Origin: Gammaproteobacteria bacterium
Lineage (GTDB): Bacteria > Pseudomonadota > Gammaproteobacteria > Eutrophobiales > Eutrophobiaceae
Length of the DNA stretch: 64,000 bases
Direction of reading: 5' to 3'
Assembly (NCBI GenBank): GCA_965215365.1
Contig: CBDCDS010000003.1
Location: forward strand, 864,001-928,000
Below the pieces are notes generated by a model, which saw only the letters and a program-made list of their open reading frames with translations, did no database searches and was not told the origin of the DNA. Positions 30,245-42,171 of the stretch are shown piece after piece. Made by a program: the position numbers and the translations under genes. How positions within the stretch are numbered: the stretch's first letter is position 1; each line of letters starts with the position of its first letter.

Positions 30245-33200
30245 ATGAGCGTGTTTACGGAGTCAGTCGTAGAAGACGCCGCCCTCGATTGGCTTCGAGG
30301 GTTGGGCTACAACGTCATCGCCGGGCCGGATATGCCGCCGGGGCCTCATGCGCTGCGGGAAAGTTATTCCGAGGTGGTTTTTGCTTCAACCTTGCGCGGC
30401 GCCGTGAGGCGTATTAACCCGAACCTGCCGGATGAGGCCGTGGATGACGCTTGCCGCAAGCTGCTCGGCCCGGAAGGCGCCACGTTGGCGGCTCGTAATC
30501 GGGCTGTTCATCGCATGCTGGTGGATGGGGTCACAGTGGAGTATCGGGACGCTGACGGCGCAGTCCGGTGGGCACAGGCGCAGGTGCTTGATTTTGATGA
30601 TCCCGATAATAATGACTGGCTGGCTATCAACCAGTTCACAGTCACCGAGAACGGCCATGAGCGTCGTCCCGACCTCGTGCTGTCCGTCAACGGCCTGCCG
30701 CTGGCGCTGATTGAACTCAAGAATCCGGCCAGTGAGGAAGCCACGATCTGGAGCGCCTGGCAACAACTCCAGACCTACAAGAACGAGTTGCCAACCCTGT
30801 TTGCTTTCAATGTGGCTCTGATAATCTCGGATGGCGTCCAGGCCCGTATCGGTTCGCTCACTTCCGGTAAGGAATGGTTCAAACCGTGGCGCACAATTGA
30901 TGGCCAGAAACCAGCGCCGGTGTTTCTGCCCGAACTCCAGGTATTGATCGAAGGTGTGCTGGAAAGGCGCCGCTTGCTCTCCCTGTTGCGTGACTTCATT
31001 GTCTTTGAGGATGACGGCAGCGGCGCGCTGGTGAAGAAGTTGGCCGGCTACCACCAGTTTCACGCGGTGGCAGTGGCGGTAGCAGAAACCTTGCGAGCCG
31101 CTGAACTCAGGTTGGCTGAGGAACCGGGGCGGCATGAAACAAGGCGTAACCCGGGTGGCGCCGCCGGCGATCGTCGTATTGGTGTCGTCTGGCATACTCA
31201 GGGTTCAGGCAAGAGCCTGACCATGGCGTTTTATGCGGGACGAATTGTCCGGGAACCGGCGCTGAGGAACCCGACCGTCATAGTATTGACCGACCGTAAT
31301 GATCTGGACGACCAACTGTTCGGCATGTTTGCCAGGTGTGGGGACTTGTTGGGACAACCACCTGCACAGGTGGAGGATCGGGCGGATTTGCGGGCGAAAC
31401 TGGCGGTAACATCGGGTGGCGTGGTATTTACCACTATCCAAAAGTTTTTTCCGGAGGAAAAAAGCAGTCGCTACCCGGTGCTGTCCGAGCGCCGCAATAT
31501 CGTGGTCATTGCCGATGAGGCCCATCGCAGCCAGTACGATTTCATTGATGGCTTCGCCCGCCACCTGCGGGATGCGCTCCCCAACGCTTCTTTTATCGGT
31601 TTCACCGGCACGCCGATTGAACTCCAGGATGCGAACACCCGGGCCGTGTTCGGTGACTACATCAGCGTTTACGACATTCAGCGGGCGGTTCAGGACACTG
31701 CGACGGTGCCCATCTACTACGAGAGCAGGCTTGCCAGACTCGCACTTGATGAGCATGAACGCCCGCATATCGATACCGGTTTCGAGGAAGCTACCGAAGG
31801 GGAAGAAATTGCGTGCAAGGAAAAGCTCAAAACCAAGTGGGCGCAACTCGAAGCGATAGTGGGCGCCCATAAGCGTCTGGCGCTGGTGGCGCAGGACATC
31901 GTTGCACATTTTGAAGATCGCCTCGAGGCTATGGCCGGCAAGGCGATGATCGTTTGCATGAGCAGGCGTATCTGTGTCGAGCTTTATCGCGCACTGGTGC
32001 GGTTGCGTCCGGAATGGCATCACTATGACGACGACCAGGGTACGCTCAAGGTGGTAATGACCGGCGCAGCTTCCGATCCGACGGAGTGGCAGGCACATAT
32101 ACGCAACAAGACCCGACGCGAGATGCTGGCAAAACGGTTTCGCAACGCCGACGACCCGTTCAACATGGTACTGGTACGCGATATGTGGTTGACTGGTTTT
32201 GACGCACCCAGCTTGCACACCATGTACATCGATAAGCCAATGCGCGGGCATGGGCTGATGCAGGCCATTGCGCGGGTCAACCGGGTGTTCAGGGACAAAC
32301 CCGGCGGGCTGGTGGTCGATTACCTGGGTGTTACCCAGGAACTCAAACAGGCGCTCGCAACCTATACGGAAAGCGGCGGTGCCGGGCAGACGGTGCTCAA
32401 CCAGGAGGAAGCGGTGGCGGCGATGCTGGAAAAATACGAAATTTGTTGCGGCCTGTTCCATGGCTTTGATCGTTGCGGATGGCATTCTGGTTCCGCAACA
32501 GAACGACTGTCCCTGCTGCCGGCCGCGCAGGAACACATCCTCGTACAGGAGCACGGCAAGGAACGTCTTGTCCAGGCCGTGCGCGCACTGTCCCAGGCAT
32601 TTGCCCTGGCTGTGCCGCATGATGACGCGCTGCGTATTCGCGACGATGTGGCGTTCCTCCAGGCTGTACAATCGGCACTGTCCAAGCGCGCTTCGACCGA
32701 AGCACAACCCCTGGAGGACCTGGAACATGCCGTTCGGCAGCTTATATCCCGCGCGGTGGCCTCGGCGGGAGTAGTCGATATTTTTGCCGCCGCCGGATTG
32801 GAAAAGCCCGATATTTCTATCCTCTCGGATGAGTTTCTTGCTGAGGTGCGCGGAATGCCGCAACGTAACCTCGCAGTAGAGTTACTACAAAAGCTGTTGC
32901 AGGGGGAGATTTTTGCCCGCCGCCGCAAAAACATCGTCCAGGCCCGTTCATTTGCGGAGATGCTGGAACAGACCCTGCGTCGTTACCAGAATCGCGCGGT
33001 TGCGGCCGTGCAGGTTATTGAAGAATTGATACGGCTTGCGCGGGAGTTGCACGCGGCGAACGCACGCGGCGAGCAACTGGGTCTGGGGGAAGACGAACTG
33101 GCTTTCTATGATGCCCTGGAGACTAATGACAGCGCGGTGCAGGTGCTCGGAGATGAGATTCTCAGAACCATCGCACGGGAACTGGTAGCGACTGTGCGCA

Positions 33201-33376
33201 ATAACGTTACCATTGACTGGACGCTACGTGAGAATGTACGAGCCCATCTGCGGCGGCTGGTGAAGCGCATACTGCGCAAGTATGATTACCCGCCGGACAA
33301 GCAGGAACAGGCAACACAGACGGTGCTGGAGCAGGCGCAGGCATTGCTTGATCATGAACAACAAACCGGTTGTTGA
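30245..33376 (+). CDS. hsdR: Type I restriction enzyme R subunit
   Basis: RPDLV...IELK nuclease motif; [38 protein letters not shown]. Confidence 0.96.
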   Translation: MSVFTESVVEDAALDWLRGLGYNVIAGPDMPPGPHALRESYSEVVFASTLRGAVRRINPNLPDEAVDDACRKLLGPEGATLAARNRAVHRMLVDGVTVEYRDADGAVRWAQAQVLDFDDPDNNDWLAINQFTVTENGHERRPDLVLSVNGLPLALIELKNPASEEATIWSAWQQLQTYKNELPTLFAFNVALIISDGVQARIGSLTSGKEWFKPWRTIDGQKPAPVFLPELQVLIEGVLERRRLLSLLRDFIVFEDDGSGALVKKLAGYHQFHAVAVAVAETLRAAELRLAEEPGRHETRRNPGGAAGDRRIGVVWHTQGSGKSLTMAFYAGRIVREPALRNPTVIVLTDRNDLDDQLFGMFARCGDLLGQPPAQVEDRADLRAKLAVTSGGVVFTTIQKFFPEEKSSRYPVLSERRNIVVIADEAHRSQYDFIDGFARHLRDALPNASFIGFTGTPIELQDANTRAVFGDYISVYDIQRAVQDTATVPIYYESRLARLALDEHERPHIDTGFEEATEGEEIACKEKLKTKWAQLEAIVGAHKRLALVAQDIVAHFEDRLEAMAGKAMIVCMSRRICVELYRALVRLRPEWHHYDDDQGTLKVVMTGAASDPTEWQAHIRNKTRREMLAKRFRNADDPFNMVLVRDMWLTGFDAPSLHTMYIDKPMRGHGLMQAIARVNRVFRDKPGGLVVDYLGVTQELKQALATYTESGGAGQTVLNQEEAVAAMLEKYEICCGLFHGFDRCGWHSGSATERLSLLPAAQEHILVQEHGKERLVQAVRALSQAFALAVPHDDALRIRDDVAFLQAVQSALSKRASTEAQPLEDLEHAVRQLISRAVASAGVVDIFAAAGLEKPDISILSDEFLAEVRGMPQRNLAVELLQKLLQGEIFARRRKNIVQARSFAEMLEQTLRRYQNRAVAAVQVIEELIRLARELHAANARGEQLGLGEDELAFYDALETNDSAVQVLGDEILRTIARELVATVRNNVTIDWTLRENVRAHLRRLVKRILRKYDYPPDKQEQATQTVLEQAQALLDHEQQTGC

Positions 33377-34022
33377 ATTGCTGTCCAGTGAAACGGCCGA
33401 GGTCAACGCCGCCGTTATCTGGCTGCATGGCCTCGGCGCGAGCGGCCACGACTTTGTGCCTATCGTGCCGCAGCTGCAGCTGCCGGCGGACTACGGGGTT
33501 CGGTTTGTGTTTCCAAATGCGCCTTCGATCCCGGTGACGATCAATGGCGGCCTGGTTATGCCGGCCTGGTACGACATCCTGCAGCTGGATAATCTCCGCA
33601 ACCTCGACGAGGCGGGGCTGCGCGGCTCGGCGGGTACCGTCCATGAACTGATCCGGCGCGAACTCGACCGTGGTGTTGATAGTGAGCGCATCGTGCTGGC
33701 CGGTTTTTCCCAAGGGGGCGCGGTGTGCTTCGAGGCGGGGCTGTCGTGCGCGGCGCCCTTAGGTGGGATCATCGCCCTGTCCACCTATTTCCCCACCGCC
33801 ACCAGTGTCGTGATGCAGCCGGCACAGCAACGCCTCCCGGTACTCGTCTGCCATGGTCTGCTGGACTCCATAGTTCCCGAAGCGCTCGGCCGCGCCAGCG
33901 TCGAGAGCCTGCAAGCCCTAGGGCTTGAACCCGAATACCAGACTTATCCCATGGCCCATGAGGTCTGCATGCCGGAACTCAACCACATTGGCCGCTGGCT
34001 TGAGAACCTGCTCGCTACCTGA
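33354..34022 (+). CDS. Carboxylesterase/phospholipase (alpha/beta hydrolase)
   Basis: WLHGLGA, MPAWYD, GFSQGG, HGLLD, MAHEV. Confidence 0.92.
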   Translation: MNNKPVVELLSSETAEVNAAVIWLHGLGASGHDFVPIVPQLQLPADYGVRFVFPNAPSIPVTINGGLVMPAWYDILQLDNLRNLDEAGLRGSAGTVHELIRRELDRGVDSERIVLAGFSQGGAVCFEAGLSCAAPLGGIIALSTYFPTATSVVMQPAQQRLPVLVCHGLLDSIVPEALGRASVESLQALGLEPEYQTYPMAHEVCMPELNHIGRWLENLLAT

Positions 34023-34070
34023 TTTGGTCATCCCTGGCTTCGACTCTGCGCTCTTTGCATCCTCTGTCGC

Positions 34071-35519
34071 TTAACCCAACTTTTCTGACAACAACTCGTT
34101 AACCTGTTTCGGGTTGGCCTTGCCGTTGGATTGTTGCATGACCTGACCGACGAAATAGCCGATCATTTTGCCGCGTTTTTCCGGTGCCGCGTTGCGATAC
34201 TGCTGCACTTGTGCGTCGTTCCCGGCAATGACTGCGTCCACCAGCCGGCTGAGCTCGGCGCGGTCGCTAACCTGCTTGAGCCCCCGTTGTTCAATGATCT
34301 CGTCAACCTCGCCGGCGCCCTCCCAAAGGGCCTCGAAAATTTGTTTGCCCAGCTTGTTGGAGACGGCGCCGTCGGCAATGCGCGTCACCAGCGCGCCCAG
34401 CTGCACAGGGTTGACCTTGCTTTCGGCGCGCGCGCGCGGCTCACGATTCAGCGCTGCGCTCAGCTCCCCCAGCATCCAGTTTGCCACTGATTTGGCTTGA
34501 CCGGGGGCGGCGGCGAGCGCGGCTTCAAAGTAGTCGGCCAGCTCCGGGCTGGCCACCAGGTGGCTGCTGTCATACGCCGACAGACCGTACTGCGCCATGA
34601 AACGTTGTTGTTTTTGTTCGGGCAACTCCGGCAATTCCCGTTGAACTGCTTCGATATAGTCATTATCGATCACAACCGGAGGTAAATCCGGGTCGGGGAA
34701 GTAGCGATAGTCGTTGGCCTCCTCTTTGCTGCGCATGGAGCGGGTTTCATTCCGGTCCGGGTCATACAGGCGGGTTTCTTGGACTACCTCCCGGCCGGCT
34801 TCAAGCAGGTCGATCTGCCGGTCGATCTCATAGTTGATGGCCTGTTCCACAAACCGGAAGGAATTGATGTTCTTGGTCTCGGTGCGCGTCCCTAAGCGGC
34901 TGGCGCCCACCGGCCTGACGGAAACATTGGTATCGCAGCGGAATGATCCCTCCTGCATGTTGCCGTCGGAGATCGCCAGATAGCGTACCAGCGCATGGAT
35001 TTTTTTCATAAGTGCCACCGCTTCGGCGGCGCTGTGCAAGACCGGCTCGGAGACGATCTCAAGCAGCGGCGACCCGGCACGGTTCAGATCGATGCCGGTA
35101 GCGCCGGCAAAACCCTCATGCACGGACTTGCCGGCGTCTTCCTCTAGGTGCGCCCGGGTAATGCCGATGTCCCGGGCGTCCCCGTCCGTCTGAATCGTGA
35201 CCTTGCCGGTACTGACGATGGGCAGTTCATACTGGCTGATCTGGTAGCCCTTGGGCAGATCCGGGTAGAAATAGTTTTTTCTGGCAAACACCGAGTGTTG
35301 CGCAATACTTGCATCAATCGCCAAGCCAAACATCACTGCCATGCGTATCGCTTCCTCGTTGGCCACCGGCAGCACGCCGGGCAGGCCCAGATCCACGGCG
35401 CCGGCCTGGGTATTGGCGGGCGCGCCGAAACGGTTGGCGGCACCGGAGAAAATCTTGCTGCGGGTTGCCAGCTGCACATGCAACTCCAGCCCGATGACAG
35501 CTTCCCATTGCTTCTTCAT
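34071..35519 (-). CDS. gatB: Asp/Glu-tRNA amidotransferase subunit B
   Basis: [35 protein letters not shown]. Confidence 0.97.
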   Translation of the reverse strand: MKKQWEAVIGLELHVQLATRSKIFSGAANRFGAPANTQAGAVDLGLPGVLPVANEEAIRMAVMFGLAIDASIAQHSVFARKNYFYPDLPKGYQISQYELPIVSTGKVTIQTDGDARDIGITRAHLEEDAGKSVHEGFAGATGIDLNRAGSPLLEIVSEPVLHSAAEAVALMKKIHALVRYLAISDGNMQEGSFRCDTNVSVRPVGASRLGTRTETKNINSFRFVEQAINYEIDRQIDLLEAGREVVQETRLYDPDRNETRSMRSKEEANDYRYFPDPDLPPVVIDNDYIEAVQRELPELPEQKQQRFMAQYGLSAYDSSHLVASPELADYFEAALAAAPGQAKSVANWMLGELSAALNREPRARAESKVNPVQLGALVTRIADGAVSNKLGKQIFEALWEGAGEVDEIIEQRGLKQVSDRAELSRLVDAVIAGNDAQVQQYRNAAPEKRGKMIGYFVGQVMQQSNGKANPKQVNELLSEKLG

Positions 35520-35549
35520 TGCGGTTGCCTCAATAAAAATCTGTGTGCC

Positions 35550-37004
35550 CTAGCACCAGCCTGCCGGCGTTTGCGTATGCCAGTCGCTGAGCTGTTGATA
35601 CTGGTGCGCAACGTTGAGCAGTCTGGCTTCGCAGAAGTAGTTGCCGATGATCTGCATCCCGACCGGCAGGCCGTTGCTGAACCCGGCCGGGACCGACACC
35701 GCCGGCAGGCCGGCGAGGTTCACGGATACGGTATAGATGTCGGACCGGTACATGGCAACCGGATCCTGTGTGCGTGCGCCTAAGGGAAACGCGGTAGTGG
35801 GTGAGGTGGGGGTGATGATCACGTCAACCTGCTCCAGTGCCGCGCGCAGTTCATCGCGCAGCAGCCGCCGGAGCCGTTGCGCCTTGAGATAATAGGCGTC
35901 GTAATAACCTGCCGACAGGACATAGGTGCCGATCATTATCCTGCGCTTTACCTCGGCGCCGAAACCCTCACTGCGGGAGCGGCAGAACAGGTCATTGACA
36001 TCTGCGGGGTCGGCGCAGCGATGACCGAAACGCACGCCGTCGTAGCGGGACAGGTTGGAGGAACACTCGGCAGAAGCTATCACGTAATACACCGGGATGG
36101 ACAGGTGGGTATGGGGCAACTCAATCTCCACCACTACCGCGCCGGCCTGTTCCAACGCGTGCAGCGCCGCAGTGACGGCCGCAGCAACGGGTTGCTCCAG
36201 GTCGGGGGTGAAGTACTCCCTGGGCAGGCCGATTTTCAGACCCTTGAGCCCGTCAGTCAGGGTCTCCTGGTAGTCTGCCACCGGCGCCTTGGCGCTGGTG
36301 GCATCGCTCGGGTCGAACCCGGCCATGGCCGCCAGCAACACGGCTGCATCCTCGGCACTGCGGGCGATGGGGCCGCCCTGGTCGAGGCTGGAAGCATAGG
36401 CGATCATGCCGTAGCGGGAGACGCGTCCGTAGGTGGGCTTGAGTCCGGTGACGCCGCACATCGCAGCCGGCTGGCGGATCGAACCGCCGGTGTCGGTGGC
36501 GGTGGCACCCGGCACGATACCGGCACTGACGGCGCAGGCCGAACCGCCGGAAGAACCGCCCGGCACCCGCTCCGGGTCCCAGGGATTGCGCACCGGGCCG
36601 TAGTAACTGGTCTCACTGGACGAGCCCATGGCAAACTCATCCATGTTGGTTTTACCGATCAGCACAGTTCCCGCCGCGGCCAGTCTGGCCACGGCCGTGG
36701 CCTGGTACGGGGCAATGAAGTTATCGAGCATTTTCGAGCCACAACTGGTTTTCAGGCCGCGGGTGCAGAAAATATCCTTGTGTGCAATCGGCACGCCCGT
36801 CAACGGACCGCCCTCTCCGGCGGCCAGCAGCCGGTCCGCAGCGCGTGCCTGCGCCAGTGCGTGGTCGGGGCAGATTGAGATGAAACAGTTCAACGCCGCG
36901 TGGCCCCGCTCAGCCCGCTGCAGGCAATCCTGCACGAGTTCGACGCTGCTAAGCTCTCTCGCGCGCAACCGTCGCGCCAGTTCCGTGAGCGAATGTTCAA
37001 GCAT
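35550..37004 (-). CDS. gatA: Asp/Glu-tRNA amidotransferase subunit A
   Basis: Amidase signature [17 protein letters not shown]; EVKRRIMIG. Confidence 0.97.
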   Translation of the reverse strand: MLEHSLTELARRLRARELSSVELVQDCLQRAERGHAALNCFISICPDHALAQARAADRLLAAGEGGPLTGVPIAHKDIFCTRGLKTSCGSKMLDNFIAPYQATAVARLAAAGTVLIGKTNMDEFAMGSSSETSYYGPVRNPWDPERVPGGSSGGSACAVSAGIVPGATATDTGGSIRQPAAMCGVTGLKPTYGRVSRYGMIAYASSLDQGGPIARSAEDAAVLLAAMAGFDPSDATSAKAPVADYQETLTDGLKGLKIGLPREYFTPDLEQPVAAAVTAALHALEQAGAVVVEIELPHTHLSIPVYYVIASAECSSNLSRYDGVRFGHRCADPADVNDLFCRSRSEGFGAEVKRRIMIGTYVLSAGYYDAYYLKAQRLRRLLRDELRAALEQVDVIITPTSPTTAFPLGARTQDPVAMYRSDIYTVSVNLAGLPAVSVPAGFSNGLPVGMQIIGNYFCEARLLNVAHQYQQLSDWHTQTPAGWC

Positions 37005-37082
37005 AGAGGTTAGCGGAAACTACCGTCGTTCCGTCTGGAATGACTCAATGACGGGGTGTGCAGCACTCTGAATCATGAAGGT

Positions 37083-37370
37083 TTATTCCACAAATCTGGG
37101 CACCAGGTAATAACCGTCCTGCGTCAGCGGCGCGTGACGCTGGAAATCGTCGCGTCGGTCCGCTTCCGTCACCCGGTCGGCGCGCAGCGGCGTGACCAGT
37201 TCCAGCGGGTGCGCCAGCGGCTCTACTGCGGCTGTATCGACGGCCTGCAGCTGCGCTGCCAAAGCCAAGATGGCCGCCATATCTTGTGCATATCCGACCT
37301 CGGCTTGCTCAGTAATAGCCAATCTGGCCAGCCAGGCGACCTCACGCACCTGCTTCGTTTCCAGGGACAT
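37083..37370 (-). CDS. gatC: Asp/Glu-tRNA amidotransferase subunit C
   Basis: VAWLARL, EPLAHP, YYLVPRFVE; upstream of gatA. Confidence 0.93.
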   Translation of the reverse strand: MSLETKQVREVAWLARLAITEQAEVGYAQDMAAILALAAQLQAVDTAAVEPLAHPLELVTPLRADRVTEADRRDDFQRHAPLTQDGYYLVPRFVE

Positions 37371-37454
37371 ACGCTCACTCTCGTTGGGAAAAACGCAATC
37401 TATCACATTTCCGTACTTGCCCAAACCATGCACTACTGATAAAGTTAGATTTTA

Positions 37455-37606
37455 GGTAACCTCTAAAAATACCCTCCGTGGTATTTTTAGAGACGGAAAT
37501 GAAAAAGTATGATTTTTCATTTCCTTCATTTTCAAGCACTTACGTGCTTAAAAATGGCAGCACATCCTTGTGCTGCACGGTCACCTCGTGTTTGTGAGAG
37601 GTTCCC
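37455..37606. mobile_element. MITE family B, apparently full-length (about 152 bp), in the gatC-mreB divergent intergenic region
   Basis: TIRs GGTAACCTCT / AGAGGTTCCC, TTTA on both sides, several internal hairpins; fragments elsewhere in the window. Confidence 0.7.
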
Positions 37607-37631
37607 TTTATTTTCATTTGAGAAGGACGCA

Positions 37632-38681
37632 ATGTTCAGCAGGTTACGAGGATATTTCTCCAGCGATCTATCGATAGACCTGGGTACGGCCAATACCCTG
37701 ATCTATGTGCGCGGCAAAGGTATTGTCTTAGACGAGCCTTCCGTGGTTGCCGTGGGCAAAACAGAACACGGCGCGACCAACATGAAGGCTATCCGCGCAG
37801 TGGGCGCCGCGGCCAAGAATATGCTGGGGCGCACGCCCGAGCATATCCAGGCGATCAGACCGCTGAAAGACGGGGTCATCGCAGATTTCACGCTCACCGA
37901 AAAAATGCTCCAGTATTTCATCCACTCGGTGCATGGCGATACTTTTTTCAAGCCCAGCCCCAAGGTGTTGATTTGCGTCCCCTGCGGCTCGACACAGGTG
38001 GAGAAACGGGCGATTCGTGAATCGGCGTTAGGCGCCGGGGCGAGAAAAGTTTACCTGATAGAAGAACCCATGGCGGCGGCGATGGGCGCCGGCATGCCGG
38101 TGGGCGACGCCAGCGGTACCATGATCCTGGATATCGGTGGCGGCACCACCGAAGTTGCCGTGATTTCTCTGAACGGTATCGTTTATTCGGCTTCGGTGCG
38201 CATCGGTGGCGACCGGCTCGATGAGGCCATTATCAATTACATACGCAGGAACTACGGTTCGCTGATCGGCGAAGCGACTGCGGAGAACATAAAAAAGACC
38301 ATCGGTTGCGCGTTTCCACCCGATGAGGTCAAGGAAATGGAGATCCGGGGGCGCAATCTGGCTGAAGGCATCCCGCGCAGCTTTACCATCAGCAGCAACG
38401 AAATTCTCGAAGCGTTGCAGGAGCCGTTGACCGGGATCGTGGAAGCGGTGAAACACGCCCTGGAAAAAACACCGCCCGAACTCGGCTCCGACGTGATCGA
38501 ACGGGGGATCGTATTAACCGGTGGCGGCGCCTTGTTGCAGGATCTGGACCAGCTGCTGATGAAGGAGATTGGCCTTGCGGTTGTGGTGGCCGAAGATCCG
38601 TTGACCTGTGTGGTGCGCGGCGGCGGCCGCTTTCTTGATCTGCTGGATGAACTGGGTGAGGAAATCCTGGTATTTGAGTAG
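37632..38681 (+). CDS. mreB: Rod shape-determining protein MreB
   Basis: [25 protein letters not shown]; ATG after AGGA. Confidence 0.97.
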   Translation: MFSRLRGYFSSDLSIDLGTANTLIYVRGKGIVLDEPSVVAVGKTEHGATNMKAIRAVGAAAKNMLGRTPEHIQAIRPLKDGVIADFTLTEKMLQYFIHSVHGDTFFKPSPKVLICVPCGSTQVEKRAIRESALGAGARKVYLIEEPMAAAMGAGMPVGDASGTMILDIGGGTTEVAVISLNGIVYSASVRIGGDRLDEAIINYIRRNYGSLIGEATAENIKKTIGCAFPPDEVKEMEIRGRNLAEGIPRSFTISSNEILEALQEPLTGIVEAVKHALEKTPPELGSDVIERGIVLTGGGALLQDLDQLLMKEIGLAVVVAEDPLTCVVRGGGRFLDLLDELGEEILVFE

Positions 38682-38695
38682 CGGAGCACAAGGCG

Positions 38696-39553
38696 ATTAA
38701 CACCTTATTCGTCAACAGGCTCTTACCACAAGTCAAGCTGGTATTGTTTGTGCTGGTTTCGATAGCCCTGATGGTGACCGATCACAAGTACCTGCACCTC
38801 GACGTTTTTCGCAGCGGTATCTCCACCATGGTGTATCCGGTCCAGTACACCGCCAGCCTGGTGGTCGAACTGCCGCGCCGGGTGGTCACGGCGTTGGCCC
38901 CGAGGCAGGCCTTGCTGGAAGAAAATGCCCGGCTCCGGGAAGAGCAGCTCAGCCTGCATTCCCGCTTACAGCAGGTGGCTGCGCTGGAAGATGAAAACCG
39001 GCGCCTGCGGGCTTTGCTGGACGCGCCGGTGGCGCTGCATGAGCGGGTGCAGGTAGCGGAACTGATCGGTGTTGAACTGGAACCCTTCCGCAAAAAGGCG
39101 CTCATCAACAAGGGTCAGGCGCACGGGGTATTTGCCGGTCAAGCCCTGGTCAATGCCGGCGGGATCATGGGCCAGATTATTCATGTTTCGCTGTTGTCAA
39201 GCACGGTGCTGCTGCTCACCGATCAGGCGCATTCAATACCGGTGCTGCTGAACCGCAATGGTTTGCGCGCGGTAGCATCCGGCCTGGGTGAAGACAACGT
39301 ATTGACGCTGGAATATATCCCGCTCAGCGCCGACATCAGGGAAGGTGATCTGGTCGTCTCATCCGGTCTGGGGCGGAAATTTCCCAGAGGTTATCCGGTG
39401 GGCGCCGTAGCCAGCGTCCGGCGCGAGCCGGGCGAGTTGTTCGCCAGCGTCCGGTTGACGCCCAGCGCTAAAATCGGCATGACCCGCGAGGCTTTGCTGC
39501 TGTGGCCGGACCCGTCGGACGCCGCGGCCTCCGATATGGCCATGTCACCTTGA
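38696..39553 (+). CDS. mreC: Rod shape-determining protein MreC (probable ATT start)
   Basis: ENRRLRALL, INKG, SSGLG..FP.GYPV; operon position. Confidence 0.92.
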   Translation: MNTLFVNRLLPQVKLVLFVLVSIALMVTDHKYLHLDVFRSGISTMVYPVQYTASLVVELPRRVVTALAPRQALLEENARLREEQLSLHSRLQQVAALEDENRRLRALLDAPVALHERVQVAELIGVELEPFRKKALINKGQAHGVFAGQALVNAGGIMGQIIHVSLLSSTVLLLTDQAHSIPVLLNRNGLRAVASGLGEDNVLTLEYIPLSADIREGDLVVSSGLGRKFPRGYPVGAVASVRREPGELFASVRLTPSAKIGMTREALLLWPDPSDAAASDMAMSP

Positions 39554-39572
39554 CGCCGCGCGCCGGACCTGG

Positions 39573-39811
39573 CCCGCAGATCTCACCGAGTGATGCGAAG
39601 ATCGCGCCGGATTGGTTCTGCCTGCGGGTGCCTGCGACCGAAACCATAGCGGTAGCTATGGTTGAACAAGCACGTGCCCGCAGGCAGAACCAAGACCCGC
39701 GAGGGCGCATCAAGCGCAGTGGGTTATGCGGAAAGAGTAGCAGTATGATCATCACTTATTGAGAGCAATGATGTTTCACAAAGCAACAAGCGACTGGGTG
39801 AGATATGCGGG
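39573..39811. mobile_element. MITE family A between mreC and mreD
   Basis: TIRs CCCGCAGATCTCACCGAGT / ACTGGGTGAGATATGCGGG; flanks CTGG and CTAG. Confidence 0.85.
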
Positions 39812-40284
39812 CTAGCGGCAGTGTGGCGATATTGCTCAGCTTTGTCGTCGCCCTGATCCTGACCAGTGTGCCACTGCCGGCAGCGCTGGCTGCGTGGCGT
39901 CCGTCCTGGGTTGCCATGACGCTAATGTTCTGGTGCCTAGTGCTGCCCGACCGGGTCGGCATCGGCAGCGCCTGGGTACTGGGCCTGCTGCTGGATGCGC
40001 AGGGTGGCGCCTTGCTGGGTCAGAATGCCCTGGGGCTTTGCATCATCGCTTATCTGACGTTGCGCCTGCATAAACAAATCAGGGTGTTTCCGCTCTTGCA
40101 ACAATCGGTTGTCATCTGTTTTTACCTGTTGTTGCTGGAGTTTTTCACCCTGTGGATCCGTGGCATCACCGGCGTGCCCCCACAGCACTGGACATTCTGG
40201 GCGCCGGCGGCAAGCAGCATGTTATTATGGCCGTTGTTCTTCTCTGCCATGAACGCGGTGCGCCATAAATATAAAGCCCTCTGA
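39805..40284 (+). CDS. mreD: Rod shape-determining protein MreD
   Basis: WRPSW, PDRVGIG, GLLLD, LGQNAL. Confidence 0.93.
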   Translation: MRASGSVAILLSFVVALILTSVPLPAALAAWRPSWVAMTLMFWCLVLPDRVGIGSAWVLGLLLDAQGGALLGQNALGLCIIAYLTLRLHKQIRVFPLLQQSVVICFYLLLLEFFTLWIRGITGVPPQHWTFWAPAASSMLLWPLFFSAMNAVRHKYKAL

Positions 40285-40305
40285 ATAGTCCGCAACCGGC
40301 CTGCC

Positions 40306-42171
40306 ATGGCAACATTGAGCGCAAAAATCCGCACCGACCAGCGTATCGTCCTGGTGCACCGGCGCATTTATCTGGCCGCAACGCTGTGCTTGCTGGTTAT
40401 GCTGATGCTTATGGCACAGGTGTTGCGCCTGCAAGTCATCAGACATGAGCATTTCACTGCCTTGTCCATGGATAATCAGATCAAAATTGTGCCGGTGGCG
40501 CCGCCCCGAGGGCGCATCTTCAGCAGTGACAAGGTGCTGCTGGCCGATAACCGCCTTTCCTTCAGCCTGGAACTGGTGCCGGAACGGGTGACGGACGAGC
40601 CCGCGCTGCTGGCGCAATTAAGCCGGTTTGTTGCCATCTCCGCGCAGGATATTGAGCGTTTCCGGGAACTGAGAAAAGGCCGACGCCGGTTCGAAGGCGT
40701 GCCCCTGAAGTCACATCTGGATGATGCCGAGGTCGCGGTCATTTCAGCGAACCGACACCTGCTGCCCGGGGTGGATGTGGTGGCGAGTTCAGGGCGGTAT
40801 TATCCGCTGGCCCGGAGTCTGGCGCACACGGTCGGGTATGTGGGGATGATCGATGCCGCAGAGTTTGAAAAACTGAACAGGGCCATCTACCGCGGCACCA
40901 ACCATATCGGCAAGTCCGGCATTGAGAAAGCCTACGAAAGCCTGTTGCATGGTTCTCCCGGCTACGAGCAGGTGGAAGTAAACGCCCAGGGCAGAGTCAT
41001 CCGCAACATTTACCGGAAGCCGCCAGAGCCGAGTAAAGACCTGTACCTCACCGTTGATGCGTCCCTGCAGCTGCTTGCGGTACAGGCGTTGAACGACCGC
41101 CGCGGCGCCATTGTAGCGCTGGACAACCGTAGCGGCGCAGTGCTGGTTGCCGCCAGCACACCCGGGTTCGACTCGAACCTGTTTGTCGGCGGCATCGACA
41201 GTAAGGTCTATGCCCGACTGCTGCGGTCAAAGGGCACCCCGCTGTTGAACCGGACCCTGCAAGGGACCTATCCGCCCGGCTCGACCATCAAACCCATGCT
41301 GGCGCTGGGCGGCCTGCAGCAGGGACTGCGCGCACCCGAGGATACCACTTGGTGTCCTGGCTGGTTTTCACTGAAAGGCAGTTCCCGCCGCTACCGCTGC
41401 TGGAAACGGGAAGGCCATGGCCATTTGGACGCGGCCAGCGCCATTTTCCAGTCCTGCGATGTGTATTTCTACGTGCTGGCCCGGGACCTGGGTGTAGATG
41501 CCCTGCACGATACGTTAACGGGCTTCGGCTTCGGCCAACCCACCGGGATTGATATTGGCGGCGAGCGTGCCGGACTGATTCCTTCGACCCGCTGGAAACG
41601 GGAGGCGCTGGGGCAGCCCTGGTATCCCGGAGAGACCATGAGCGTCGGGATAGGACAGGGCGCGACCCTGGTGACGCCTATGCAACTGGCCACAGCGACC
41701 GCGGTGATTGCCAATCGCGGCCGGCAGGTGCGCCCCTATCTGCTCGCGGAAGCGCGAGATTCGGTGACGGGACAGTCAGTCATTCGGGCGGCTGCCAGAC
41801 CCGGGCGCGAGGTAGTCTTCGCAGAGCCCGAGTATTGGGACCGGATCATTCATTCGATGCAGGAAGTCGTGCATGGAGAACGCGGCACGGCACGCGCATC
41901 AGGCGCCGGCGCCAACTACCGGTTTGCCGGCAAGACCGGCACCGCGCAGGTGATTGGCATAGCCCAGGGCGAAGAATACGATGAGGATAAGATCCCCGAA
42001 GAATTGCAGGACCATGCCTTGTTCATTGCATTTGCGCCGGTGGAGGCCCCCGAAATCGCGCTGGCGGTAATCGTTGAAAACGGCGGCGGCGGCGCCCGCA
42101 CCGCGGCGCCGATAGCCAGGGAGCTGCTGGACCACTACTTTCACAAGAAGCGCCGGGAACGCCACGGATGA
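40306..42171 (+). CDS. mrdA: Penicillin-binding protein 2
   Basis: YPPGSTIK, SCD, GKTGTAQ. Confidence 0.96.
   Translation: MATLSAKIRTDQRIVLVHRRIYLAATLCLLVMLMLMAQVLRLQVIRHEHFTALSMDNQIKIVPVAPPRGRIFSSDKVLLADNRLSFSLELVPERVTDEPALLAQLSRFVAISAQDIERFRELRKGRRRFEGVPLKSHLDDAEVAVISANRHLLPGVDVVASSGRYYPLARSLAHTVGYVGMIDAAEFEKLNRAIYRGTNHIGKSGIEKAYESLLHGSPGYEQVEVNAQGRVIRNIYRKPPEPSKDLYLTVDASLQLLAVQALNDRRGAIVALDNRSGAVLVAASTPGFDSNLFVGGIDSKVYARLLRSKGTPLLNRTLQGTYPPGSTIKPMLALGGLQQGLRAPEDTTWCPGWFSLKGSSRRYRCWKREGHGHLDAASAIFQSCDVYFYVLARDLGVDALHDTLTGFGFGQPTGIDIGGERAGLIPSTRWKREALGQPWYPGETMSVGIGQGATLVTPMQLATATAVIANRGRQVRPYLLAEARDSVTGQSVIRAAARPGREVVFAEPEYWDRIIHSMQEVVHGERGTARASGAGANYRFAGKTGTAQVIGIAQGEEYDEDKIPEELQDHALFIAFAPVEAPEIALAVIVENGGGGARTAAPIARELLDHYFHKKRRERHG

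Noticed and set aside
31205-32863. 552-aa ORF antisense to hsdR (also 5213-6205, 35877-36878 and 19741-20511)
   Set aside because: These are shadow ORFs opposite well-supported genes and have no recognisable motifs.
37509-37631. 41-aa N-terminal extension of MreB
   Set aside because: It lies mostly within MITE B; a good RBS and ATG are at 37632.
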